Of a DNA stretch of 54,194 nt, positions 43,585 to 51,058 are shown one piece after another. The stretch's first letter is position 1, and each line of letters starts with the position of its first letter. Made by a program: the position numbers and the translations under genes. The DNA is from a virus. The notes under the pieces were generated by a model that saw only the letters and a program-made list of their open reading frames with translations, did no database searches and was not told where the DNA came from. The stretch lies in the IMG/VR virus record IMGVR_UViG_3300045988_080883. One strand, written 5' to 3'.

Positions 43585-44298
43585 ATGGATAATTCTCTGT
43601 CTGAATCCGCACGTTTCGCAGTCTACCGTGAAAAACTCAAGGGCATCTGCGAGGCCAATAACCTGAGTTATGTGTTCATCAAGAACGCATACCCCATCAA
43701 GCTGGTTATTCGTCCGTTGGGCGGCGTTGGTGAACAGATGTCGATGCTGGAGGAGGCATCCGAGGATAACTACATCTCGCCGGGTGCATCCATCCTGTTC
43801 ACCGTCAAGGATGGGAACCTGACCTACCGCATGAGCAAGACGTTCACCATCTCCGACACCCTGTTCAACAAAATCAAGAACATCTTCAAGAATATGCACT
43901 ACCTCTGGCTCCAGTTCTTCTTCCGGGATTTGGTCGAGGGTGGAAAGCTGGCAGCTCTCGGCTACAAAATGCCGGATATTCCGGAATCCGGTGGGCAGCA
44001 GGATGCGCCCCGGAAAAATGAGCCTGATTCTTCGAATCTCCCAGGGGAGGCCGAACCGCTGGAAGAAGTTGATGCCGAGGAACTGGACGATGCGGAGGAA
44101 CCCGCAGCCGATGAACTGACCAAGGCCACCGAGATTGCCCGGAAGAACGGCGGTGTTACGCAGGCCATGTTGGAGCAGCAGATGGGCGTGACCGCAGAAA
44201 AGGCCATCGCACTGCTGGATGATATGGAATCCGCAGGCGTGATCGAGTTCTCCAACGGGCACTACACCATCGCCGCTGCTGACAGCGAGGAGGAGTAA
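43585..44298 (+). CDS. hypothetical protein with FtsK-gamma-like winged-helix C-terminus
   Basis: An acidic linker is followed by GGVTQAMLEQQMGVTAEKAIALLDDMESAGVIEF. Confidence 0.4.
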   Translation: MDNSLSESARFAVYREKLKGICEANNLSYVFIKNAYPIKLVIRPLGGVGEQMSMLEEASEDNYISPGASILFTVKDGNLTYRMSKTFTISDTLFNKIKNIFKNMHYLWLQFFFRDLVEGGKLAALGYKMPDIPESGGQQDAPRKNEPDSSNLPGEAEPLEEVDAEELDDAEEPAADELTKATEIARKNGGVTQAMLEQQMGVTAEKAIALLDDMESAGVIEFSNGHYTIAAADSEEE

Positions 44299-44301
44299 CC
44301 T

Positions 44302-45195
44302 ATGGCAAAGGCAGCAGTGACCCACAGCATCCGGGATGACCACCAGAAGAACTTCCTCAAAATCTTCAATAGCCTGACTGGAAAGCACAGCCGCTGGGAG
44401 ATTTGGGAGGACTTCGTCACCCTGACGGCCATCGAGATCTCGAACAGCACGGACAAGGTAAATGCCCCAGAGCGCACCAAGATGTATCAGACCATCGTTT
44501 CCAAATACTCCGCCAAGGAGCGGGAGGGCATGGCTGAAATGCTGGGCGAGGTAATCATGGGTATGGAGCAGAATCCTGACCAAGACTTCCTCGGTTCGCT
44601 GTACATGATGTGCGAGTTGGGCAACTCGCACGCCGGGCAGTTCTTCACTCCCTACGATGTGTGCCGCTGCATGGCCGAGATTACGTTCGACCCGAAGCTG
44701 CACCCGGACATGGAGGGATTCATCTCGGTATCTGACCCGGCCTGTGGTGCTGGGGCCACGCTGCTTGCCTTTTTGAACGTCTGCAAAAGACGGAATATCT
44801 GCTACCACAACAAAATCCTTGTCATTGCCCAAGACATTGACTTCATCGTTGGGCTGATGTGCTACATCCAATGCAGCTTCATGGGCTGCGCTGGATATGT
44901 AGTCATCGGTGACACACTCGTGAACCCAGCAACGGCCTACGACAGCCGCGGATTGCTGCCCGCAGGACCGCAAAACCGCATCTGGTATATGCCGCTTTTC
45001 TCAACCGATGTGTGGTATATGCGCCGCCAGATAGCGCAGATGAACCTGCTGTTTGAACCGAAAGGCGAACCGGCAAAAATCGAAAAAACCGATATTAAAC
45101 CCGCAAATTTGCAAAAATCTATCAAAAACGAGCCTAAAGCCACGGAAAACGAGCCCCTTAACGAAACCAAAACCGGGCAGCTCACGTTTTTCTAA
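44302..45195 (+). CDS. N6-adenine methyltransferase-like protein lacking a recognisable catalytic (D/N)PP(Y/F) motif
   Basis: GQFFTP (motif X) and VSDPACGAGATLL (motif I) are present. No PP dipeptide occurs anywhere in the 297 aa. Confidence 0.6.
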   Translation: MAKAAVTHSIRDDHQKNFLKIFNSLTGKHSRWEIWEDFVTLTAIEISNSTDKVNAPERTKMYQTIVSKYSAKEREGMAEMLGEVIMGMEQNPDQDFLGSLYMMCELGNSHAGQFFTPYDVCRCMAEITFDPKLHPDMEGFISVSDPACGAGATLLAFLNVCKRRNICYHNKILVIAQDIDFIVGLMCYIQCSFMGCAGYVVIGDTLVNPATAYDSRGLLPAGPQNRIWYMPLFSTDVWYMRRQIAQMNLLFEPKGEPAKIEKTDIKPANLQKSIKNEPKATENEPLNETKTGQLTFF

Positions 45196-45220
45196 CCCGA
45201 AATAAGAAAGGAGTATCCCT

Positions 45221-46759
45221 ATGGCAGACATTACTTACATCCCTATCCGGCAGTTGTACCCTCACCCCGATAACCCCCGCAAGGAACTGGGCGACCTGTC
45301 CGAACTTGCCGCCAGCATCAAGGAAAACGGCGTGTACCAGAACTTGACCGTAATCCCCGGCCACTACCTCAACAGCCGGGAGTACATCGCAAAGTGCGTT
45401 GACGAGGGCGGGGATGCAGCCGCAGCAGCGGCAGCATGGACACCCAAGGCTGTGTGGTCCAGTGAGGACTACACCATCATCATCGGCCACCGCCGGGCAG
45501 CAGCAGCGCAGCAGGCCGGGCTGTACGAGTTGCCCTGCGCCATCGTAGAGATGGACGAGCGGGAGCAGATGCAGACCATGATGATTGAAAATATGCAGCG
45601 GTCAGACCTCACCGTCTACGAACAGGCCCAGGGCTTCCAGATGATGATGGACTTCGGACAGACGGTGGAGCAGATCTCCGACAAGTCAGGGTTCTCCCAG
45701 TCCACTATCCGGCGGCGCATCAAGCTGCTGGAACTGAACCACGACAGCTTCAAGAAAGCCGAAAAGCGCGGTGCCACCCTTTCCGATTTTGTTGAACTTA
45801 ACAAAATCGAGGACTTGGATGCCCGGAACAAGGTGCTGGAAACCCTCGGCACAGCTAATTTTAACCGTGAGATGCAGAACGCCTTGTCTAACCAGAAATA
45901 CCAGCACAGAAAGGCTGAATGGATTGAGCAGCTTCGCCAATTTGCAGTGGAAAATCCTGATGCCAATTACAGCACTCACGCGCACGTTGCTGGGTACGGA
46001 TATTGGAACACTAGCAAGGACGTTGAAGTGCCGGACGATGCCGATAGCGTAGCGTACTGCTACAAGGTCAGCCAAAACCAGATTGACCTCTACAAAGAGC
46101 GTGATTTGGGAAAAGAGAATGCGGAAACGGCTAAGCGAGAGGAAAAGCGGCAGCGGGAACAGTTCTATAAGGACCAACTTTCCGCCCTCACAAACTATAT
46201 GTTTGAACTGCGCCGGGACTTTGTGACGCAGCTTTCCACGGCAGAGTGCAAAAAGCATCTGGGCGAAATCGTCCGCTTTGCCGTGGATGCGTTCGATTCA
46301 AATTACGATGGCGAGTTGACAATCAAGCTGCTGGGCATTGCTCCACCGGAAACGGACAGCATTGACCTGCTTGATTATCTGGAAAGCGTTTCGGTGTTCA
46401 ACGACCAGCCGGAAAAGGCACTGCTCTCCTTGGCCTATTCGGCCGCTGACGATGGCAGCAACGGATACTGGGGCTGGGTCTGGCAACCCGACTGCCAGAG
46501 CGGCGGGTACGGCTGGGAGGAAAATGGCAGTCTCGACGCTATTTACACTCTGCTGGTAGCTTTGGGCTATGAAATGTCTGACGAAGAAAAGGCGTTACAG
46601 AACGGAACCCATGCCATCTTTTCCACCAATGTCCCTAAAAAGGCAGATGTGCCCTGCGAACGTTGCAAGGCGGCACATCCCGGATGCGACAAGTGCTGCA
46701 GAACTTGCGATAACCACTGCAATGCGTTCCAGTTGTGCAGAAAGGAGCAGGCAGAATGA
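45221..46759 (+). CDS. ParB/Srx N-terminal domain protein with Cys-rich C-terminus
   Basis: LYPHPDNPRKELG...IIIGHRRAAAA...TVYEQA are the ParB boxes. The C-terminus is CERCKAAHPGCDKCCRTCDNHCNAFQLC. Confidence 0.8.
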   Translation: MADITYIPIRQLYPHPDNPRKELGDLSELAASIKENGVYQNLTVIPGHYLNSREYIAKCVDEGGDAAAAAAAWTPKAVWSSEDYTIIIGHRRAAAAQQAGLYELPCAIVEMDEREQMQTMMIENMQRSDLTVYEQAQGFQMMMDFGQTVEQISDKSGFSQSTIRRRIKLLELNHDSFKKAEKRGATLSDFVELNKIEDLDARNKVLETLGTANFNREMQNALSNQKYQHRKAEWIEQLRQFAVENPDANYSTHAHVAGYGYWNTSKDVEVPDDADSVAYCYKVSQNQIDLYKERDLGKENAETAKREEKRQREQFYKDQLSALTNYMFELRRDFVTQLSTAECKKHLGEIVRFAVDAFDSNYDGELTIKLLGIAPPETDSIDLLDYLESVSVFNDQPEKALLSLAYSAADDGSNGYWGWVWQPDCQSGGYGWEENGSLDAIYTLLVALGYEMSDEEKALQNGTHAIFSTNVPKKADVPCERCKAAHPGCDKCCRTCDNHCNAFQLCRKEQAE

Positions 46760-47100
46760 CAGATCTTGTAAAGTGTGACCACTGCGGCAGGCCGTTCAGC
46801 ATTCAGACCGCCGGCATCCGCAGCACATGGAGTGGCGATTACATGGTGCAGTATTTCACCTGCCCAGGCTGCCACCATCGCTATCAGATTCTGACCACGG
46901 ACACCGAACTGCGCCAGACCGTTGAACGGCACAAGAAAATCGCCGCAAAAATCCGTATGGGGCAGAGCAAGCATTTCCGGCCGGGAACGCTGAAAAAGTA
47001 TCAGGCTGAAATGGAAAAGCTGGAGGCCGAGCAGAAAAAGCGGCGAGATGAACTGCTAGACAAGGGCGACGAGATCCTTGCCCGGCTGGGAGAGGAGTAA
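46756..47100 (+). CDS. Zn-ribbon/coiled-coil protein
   Basis: ATGA overlap. CDHCG...CPGCHH motifs followed by a Lys/Glu-rich helix. Confidence 0.45.
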   Translation: MTDLVKCDHCGRPFSIQTAGIRSTWSGDYMVQYFTCPGCHHRYQILTTDTELRQTVERHKKIAAKIRMGQSKHFRPGTLKKYQAEMEKLEAEQKKRRDELLDKGDEILARLGEE

Positions 47101-47103
47101 ACC

Positions 47104-47232
47104 ATGGATGACCTGAAAGAATACGCTGACCGCCTCAAGTTTGAAATCATGGCGGCTGACTTTCTGACCACCGAAGACCGAGAAATGGTCTTTGACCTCA
47201 TCGAGAAAGTGCTGGGTGATGACAATGCCTGA
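47104..47232 (+). CDS. hypothetical small protein (42 aa)
   Basis: ATG 47104 after GGAGAGGAG. Below the ORF-track cutoff. Confidence 0.3.
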   Translation: MDDLKEYADRLKFEIMAADFLTTEDREMVFDLIEKVLGDDNA

Positions 47233-47437
47233 CCAGATTTTCATCGACATTGCGCTGCTGGCTGTTGGCGTGGCAATCGGTGCCCTCTTGGGCGAAACCA
47301 GCCGGCAGCAGCATGACCGTCAGCTGTTCCGGGAGTACATCAACTTTATGACCGAATCGGAACACAACAACGAGCTGCTGTTCCGGGAAGTGATTCGGTT
47401 TCAGACCGAGAAAGGAGCCAACCATGAGAAAGAGTAA
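47225..47437 (+). CDS. hypothetical single-TM protein
   Basis: The TM is IFIDIALLAVGVAIGALLG. Confidence 0.35.
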   Translation: MPDQIFIDIALLAVGVAIGALLGETSRQQHDRQLFREYINFMTESEHNNELLFREVIRFQTEKGANHEKE

Positions 47438-47726
47438 TCGCCCGCCGGAGCCCGGCGCACGAGGCCTGCTGCGCCTGTGCTGCCCCTGCTGCGGCAAGGA
47501 GTTCGGTACATACCTCCACGTTGCGCAAATGTCCATCGGCTGCCGCTGCGGGGCTACGATTTCACTGGAACGTGGCCTTGCGCCGTATGAGTTCCAATGC
47601 AGCTGTTGCGAGTTCCACGCCAAGGGCAAGACCAACATTGCGGAACAGGAATTTACAGTGCCGTGCAAGTGCGGCAACCCAATCACGCTGCACTGGAACA
47701 AAGACACACGGAGGTACACGGAATGA
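47424..47726 (+). CDS. Cys-rich (multi Zn-ribbon) protein
   Basis: CCPCCG, CRCG, CSCC and CKCG motifs. Confidence 0.4.
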   Translation: MRKSNRPPEPGARGLLRLCCPCCGKEFGTYLHVAQMSIGCRCGATISLERGLAPYEFQCSCCEFHAKGKTNIAEQEFTVPCKCGNPITLHWNKDTRRYTE

Positions 47727-48055
47727 ACTGGGCAATTGTAATTCCTGTCGGCATCGGCATCGCGGTGCTGCTGTCCATCGCGCTTGTCGCAATCAATGTT
47801 TCCGGGCAGATTAGCCGGCAGGAAGAACTGGACGAGGTAGAGTTCTACTGGGACAGCATGTTTATGTACTCCAAGAGAGTCAGCCCTGATGCCCCGCCGG
47901 ACTATGAGGCCAAAACACTTTACGAGAACCGCAAGGATTTTTGTGCGGGATGTGCAGAGTACCACTTCTGCCGCAGCGCAACGATGGTTTACACGCATAG
48001 CCCGCGCAGAAACGGTTATCCATGGATCTGTCTGAAAAGGGGGTGTTCAAAATGA
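47723..48055 (+). CDS. hypothetical single-TM protein
   Basis: ATGA overlap. The TM is WAIVIPVGIGIAVLLSIALVAI. Confidence 0.35.
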   Translation: MNWAIVIPVGIGIAVLLSIALVAINVSGQISRQEELDEVEFYWDSMFMYSKRVSPDAPPDYEAKTLYENRKDFCAGCAEYHFCRSATMVYTHSPRRNGYPWICLKRGCSK

Positions 48056-48450
48056 CACTGGAAGAAGCACTGCGCTTTATCGACCCGGAAACCGATATGG
48101 ACGCTCTGGCCGAGGCTGAGTATTATGGCGGATTCAATGGCAAGGAACAAGCTGCTCAAAAGCTGAAAGAAGCATCCCGCATGGTCGTTGACTTTATTCG
48201 CCGCGTATCGTGGCACGATGCCAAAACCCCGCCGCCTGTCCACGATGAAAGTTGGGAGAATGCGGGAGAAAAGCACTGCTGCATTATGAGCGAAATGGTG
48301 TGGGTCTGCTGCGAGAGCCGGAACACCATGAAGGGCTGGCTTGAAAACGGCAAGTGGTACATCGAGGATGGCCGCCCAGCGGCAGATACGCCCTATGGTG
48401 CTGTGAAGTTCTGGGCTCCGCTGCTGGAGCCGCCGGAGGTGGTGAAATGA
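48052..48450 (+). CDS. hypothetical protein (DUF551-like C-terminus, tentative)
   Basis: ATGA overlap. VSWHDAKTPPPV...KFWAPL pattern. Confidence 0.35.
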   Translation: MTLEEALRFIDPETDMDALAEAEYYGGFNGKEQAAQKLKEASRMVVDFIRRVSWHDAKTPPPVHDESWENAGEKHCCIMSEMVWVCCESRNTMKGWLENGKWYIEDGRPAADTPYGAVKFWAPLLEPPEVVK

Positions 48451-49010
48451 GCAAAGCTGTGCTTTTAAGTGTCCGGCCTGAATGGTGCAGCCGTATCTTT
48501 TCGGGCTGGAAAACGGTGGAAATCCGTAAGACAAGACCGGTCTCATTGAAAGAACCTTTTAAGTGCTACATATATTGCACGAAAGGAACGAAATTTTTCT
48601 GCTGGAAAGCCGTTGACCATTTATATTTCGACGATAGGTCTCATAATCTATTCGACCGCAGGGTTGACGGAATGGTTGTCGGCGAATTTATCTGCGATGA
48701 CATCCGACGCATTGGCCCTGAATACTGTGTCGTCAAAGAAGATATCGAATCTGCAATTGCTGGAAGCTGTCTCACAGTACCGCAAGTCAAAGACTATGCC
48801 GGATGGAAGTCCGGGATGAGTTATGCAGATTTGAAAGACTTGTATGGCTGGCACATTTCCGACCTGAAAATTTATGACAATCCGCGCGAGCTGCGGCCGT
48901 TCACGGGCTTGCTAAACACGCGGTTTGGTGTGCGGCCTGTGGAAGCGCAGCGACCGCCCCAGAGTTGGTGCTATGTGCAGGAAATGGAGGTTGCCGATGG
49001 TAAAGCCTGA
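48447..49010 (+). CDS. ASCH-domain protein
   Basis: KAVLLSVRPEWCSRIFSGWKTVEIRKTRP is a typical ASCH/PUA-like N-terminus. Confidence 0.6.
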   Translation: MSKAVLLSVRPEWCSRIFSGWKTVEIRKTRPVSLKEPFKCYIYCTKGTKFFCWKAVDHLYFDDRSHNLFDRRVDGMVVGEFICDDIRRIGPEYCVVKEDIESAIAGSCLTVPQVKDYAGWKSGMSYADLKDLYGWHISDLKIYDNPRELRPFTGLLNTRFGVRPVEAQRPPQSWCYVQEMEVADGKA

Positions 49011-49287
49011 ACCATGGGAAAACCCGATGCTGGATACCATGTGGAGCTTTATGCAGATGGGCGGGCTGAAAGCCAACTACCCGGCTCTCAAAGAGGCCTG
49101 CATGGAACTGCGTCAGATGCTGATGCAGAAGACCGCCGGGCAGCGCAAGGACAGGCCGAAAGACCTGTCATGGGAAAACCTTGAACGGGTCAAGGTAACC
49201 ATCATCTGTGAGGCCATGGCTCTGGTGCTGTCCGGCGAATACGAAGGAGGTAAGCAAACAGATGGAAATGTACATGGCAATCTATAA
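48997..49287 (+). CDS. hypothetical protein
   Basis: ATG 48997 lies 6 nt after GGAGG. Confidence 0.35.
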   Translation: MVKPEPWENPMLDTMWSFMQMGGLKANYPALKEACMELRQMLMQKTAGQRKDRPKDLSWENLERVKVTIICEAMALVLSGEYEGGKQTDGNVHGNL

Positions 49288-49522
49288 ATGCCGCCTCTGC
49301 GGAAAAGAATTCTGTCACTCTGGAACAGGCGACAAGGACACGGCGGCCACGGTCACTATGTATACAGTTCTCGAATCTTCTGGCATCACCCCGCAGTTTG
49401 AATCTCCAAACGCGCCAACACAGTTTGAATTTCACAGCTGCAAGGATGGAAGCTACGGGATGGGTGATTTCTTGGGCATGAGAAAAACGGAAAAGGACGA
49501 TGAAAATGAAGTACCGCATTGA
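49262..49522 (+). CDS. hypothetical protein
   Basis: ATG 49262 after AAGGAGG. Confidence 0.35.
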   Translation: MEMYMAIYKCRLCGKEFCHSGTGDKDTAATVTMYTVLESSGITPQFESPNAPTQFEFHSCKDGSYGMGDFLGMRKTEKDDENEVPH

Positions 49523-49931
49523 GATCTCGGAAGAGCAGCTGCGCGTCATCGGGCTGGCTGTGGACGAGTATATGAGGGTTCGCATGGGGCAGTTCGATGC
49601 TCTGGCCGAAGATCTGACATATGACGGCATACCCCGCGTTGAAGCTTGCGGGGGTGAGTACATTTATGATACCGCTCTCAAAAAGCGGTGCGACAGCATT
49701 GAAAAATTGTTTGAGGCCGCCTACAAAATGGCGTTTCCACCGCTTGGCTACCGTGGACGGCAGCACGATTCATGGGGAACGTGTATCGACATTGTACACG
49801 CCATCGAGCACCAGCGGTGGCTGGACAGTCCGAAAGACAAGCGGGAAAAGCCACGCACAACAAACCGTTCTTTCGAACCCGTTCCGCTGGGGCATGAGCC
49901 GTTCCCGAAAATTGAGAGGGTGGAAGAATGA
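49500..49931 (+). CDS. hypothetical protein
   Basis: 143 aa, in the early/late transition operon. Confidence 0.35.
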   Translation: MKMKYRIEISEEQLRVIGLAVDEYMRVRMGQFDALAEDLTYDGIPRVEACGGEYIYDTALKKRCDSIEKLFEAAYKMAFPPLGYRGRQHDSWGTCIDIVHAIEHQRWLDSPKDKREKPRTTNRSFEPVPLGHEPFPKIERVEE

Positions 49932-50122
49932 GCTGCCTGTCTTGTGAGAACTACATACCCCTCGACCCGCCTATCCAACGCACCGATTCGCACGGCCAGA
50001 CCTACAAGGTGCCGGGATTGTGCAAAATTGGAGCGGACCACATAATTTCTGGGTTTCCTGTCTATCTTCCAACGGCAAAATGTGATAAAATAACAGAAGC
50101 ACCGTTGCAAAACGGCAGCTGA
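49928..50122 (+). CDS. hypothetical protein
   Basis: ATGA overlap, 64 aa. Confidence 0.3.
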   Translation: MSCLSCENYIPLDPPIQRTDSHGQTYKVPGLCKIGADHIISGFPVYLPTAKCDKITEAPLQNGS

Positions 50123-50141
50123 ATTATGACGGAGGTAGGCT

Positions 50142-50537
50142 GTGACACTACAGGAATTGTCCAAGTATTATGACATTCAGATGACCCTCGAAAAAGACCG
50201 TGAAGCCTTGGAGAATCTTCGGCAGAAAATCAATCCTGCCTCCCCACAGCTAACGGGTATGCCACATACGCCCGGTGTTCGGGACAAGGTGGCGGATCTG
50301 GCTGTGGAACTGGCTGACATGGATGAACGTGTCCGCTGGTTGGAGGAACAGGCAGCGGAAGAAAAGCCCAAGGTCGAGGCGTACTGCAAGAGCATCATGG
50401 ATGCCCGGCTTTATCTGATCTTCCGGCTGCGGTTTGTCCGCTGCTACTCGTGGGCAGAAGTTGCTGGAGCACTCGGAAAGTGTTACACGGAAGCCGGGGT
50501 CAGCCGGATGGCCTACAACTACCTCGAATCACATTGA
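50142..50537 (+). CDS. late-gene transcriptional activator (ArpU/RinA/DUF1492-like, sigma region-4-type HTH)
   Basis: GTG 50142 lies 6 nt after GGAGG. The C-terminus LIFRLRFVRCYSWAEVAGALGKCYTEAGVSRMAYNYL is HTH-like. It is the last gene before the packaging region. Confidence 0.55.
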   Translation: MTLQELSKYYDIQMTLEKDREALENLRQKINPASPQLTGMPHTPGVRDKVADLAVELADMDERVRWLEEQAAEEKPKVEAYCKSIMDARLYLIFRLRFVRCYSWAEVAGALGKCYTEAGVSRMAYNYLESH

Positions 50538-50544
50538 CCGATAA

Positions 50545-50573
50545 GCCCTGCATTTGCGGGGCTTTTTATTTTT
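50545..50573 (+). terminator. intrinsic terminator after the late regulator gene
   Basis: GCCCTGC ATTT GCGGGGC hairpin (one G-U pair) followed by TTTTTATTTTT. Confidence 0.8.
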
Positions 50574-50696
50574 GCCCGAAAAACTCAAATTCAACCTCAA
50601 ATTATTATAAAATACGGCCAAATATAGAAATGAGTTTTACATTTTGGCTGCCAAAAGTTAAATTCAAACTGAAAATATCAAAAGTCAATGCAGATT

Positions 50697-50737
50697 GTTT
50701 CACACGGTGATGGACGGTGTAGGACGGTTTCACACGG
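50697..50737. repeat. direct repeats GTTTCACACGG (x2) interleaved with GGACGGT (x2)
   Basis: GTTTCACACGG at 50697-50707 and 50727-50737. GGACGGT at 50712-50718 and 50722-50728. Confidence 0.5.
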
Positions 50738-50755
50738 CGCGTAATGCCGTGCAAT

Positions 50756-50817
50756 AAACAAGAACGACCAGCAACGAAGAAGAACGAAAGCCAACGAGCA
50801 GCAACGAGCAGCAACGC
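50756..50817 (+). repeat. 62-nt thymine-free tract with reiterated AGCAACG motifs
   Basis: No T from 50756 to 50817. It contains CAGCAACGAAG...CCAACGAGCAGCAACGAGCAGCAACGC. Confidence 0.5.
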
Positions 50818-50888
50818 TTTGATATGGATTCAGATGACAACGGATGCTCCCGGTGATATGATTAGGATGCAAAATCCGAATCAAGCCA

Positions 50889-50928
50889 AGCGGTGCCTGC
50901 CAGAAATGGCGGGTGCCGCTATTTTTAT
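50889..50928 (+). terminator. terminator-like hairpin inside the leader (possible attenuator)
   Basis: 13-bp stem (50889-50901 pairs with 50908-50920, three G-U pairs), loop AGAAAT, then ATTTTTAT. Confidence 0.5.
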
Positions 50929-51058
50929 ACCTGAAAGGAGGATTCCGAGCCGCACGCTGCTCTCCTTTGCGTGTGGCATTACCGCAGCACCCCGAAAAGC
51001 TGAGGTGCTGCAAGCTGGACATTTCGCCGTGTCCAGCCGCAAAGAAGGAGATTTTTCC

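Larger units (their letters stand above)
50574..51058 (+). promoter_or_regulatory. about 485-nt non-coding structured leader upstream of the membrane-protein/ParB/IbrA/IbrB operon
   Basis: Contains an AT-rich promoter-like part, direct repeats, a T-free tract, a terminator-like hairpin, two 8-bp hairpins and duplicated AAGGAG boxes with one CTCCTT box. Confidence 0.45.

Noticed and set aside
50818-50930. Match of the leader to known riboswitch classes (SAM-I, preQ1-I/II/III and others)
   Set aside because: I could not recognise the conserved cores of the classes I remember. This cannot be excluded without an Infernal/Rfam scan, so it is reported only as an unclassified structured leader.
50744-51058. 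105-codon in-frame N-terminal extension of the membrane protein (ORF track start ATG 50744)
   Set aside because: There is no SD before ATG 50744. The extension would run through the T-free repeat tract, a terminator-like hairpin and two perfect hairpins. ATG 51059 has AAGGAG at 8-nt spacing and begins the hydrophobic protein.
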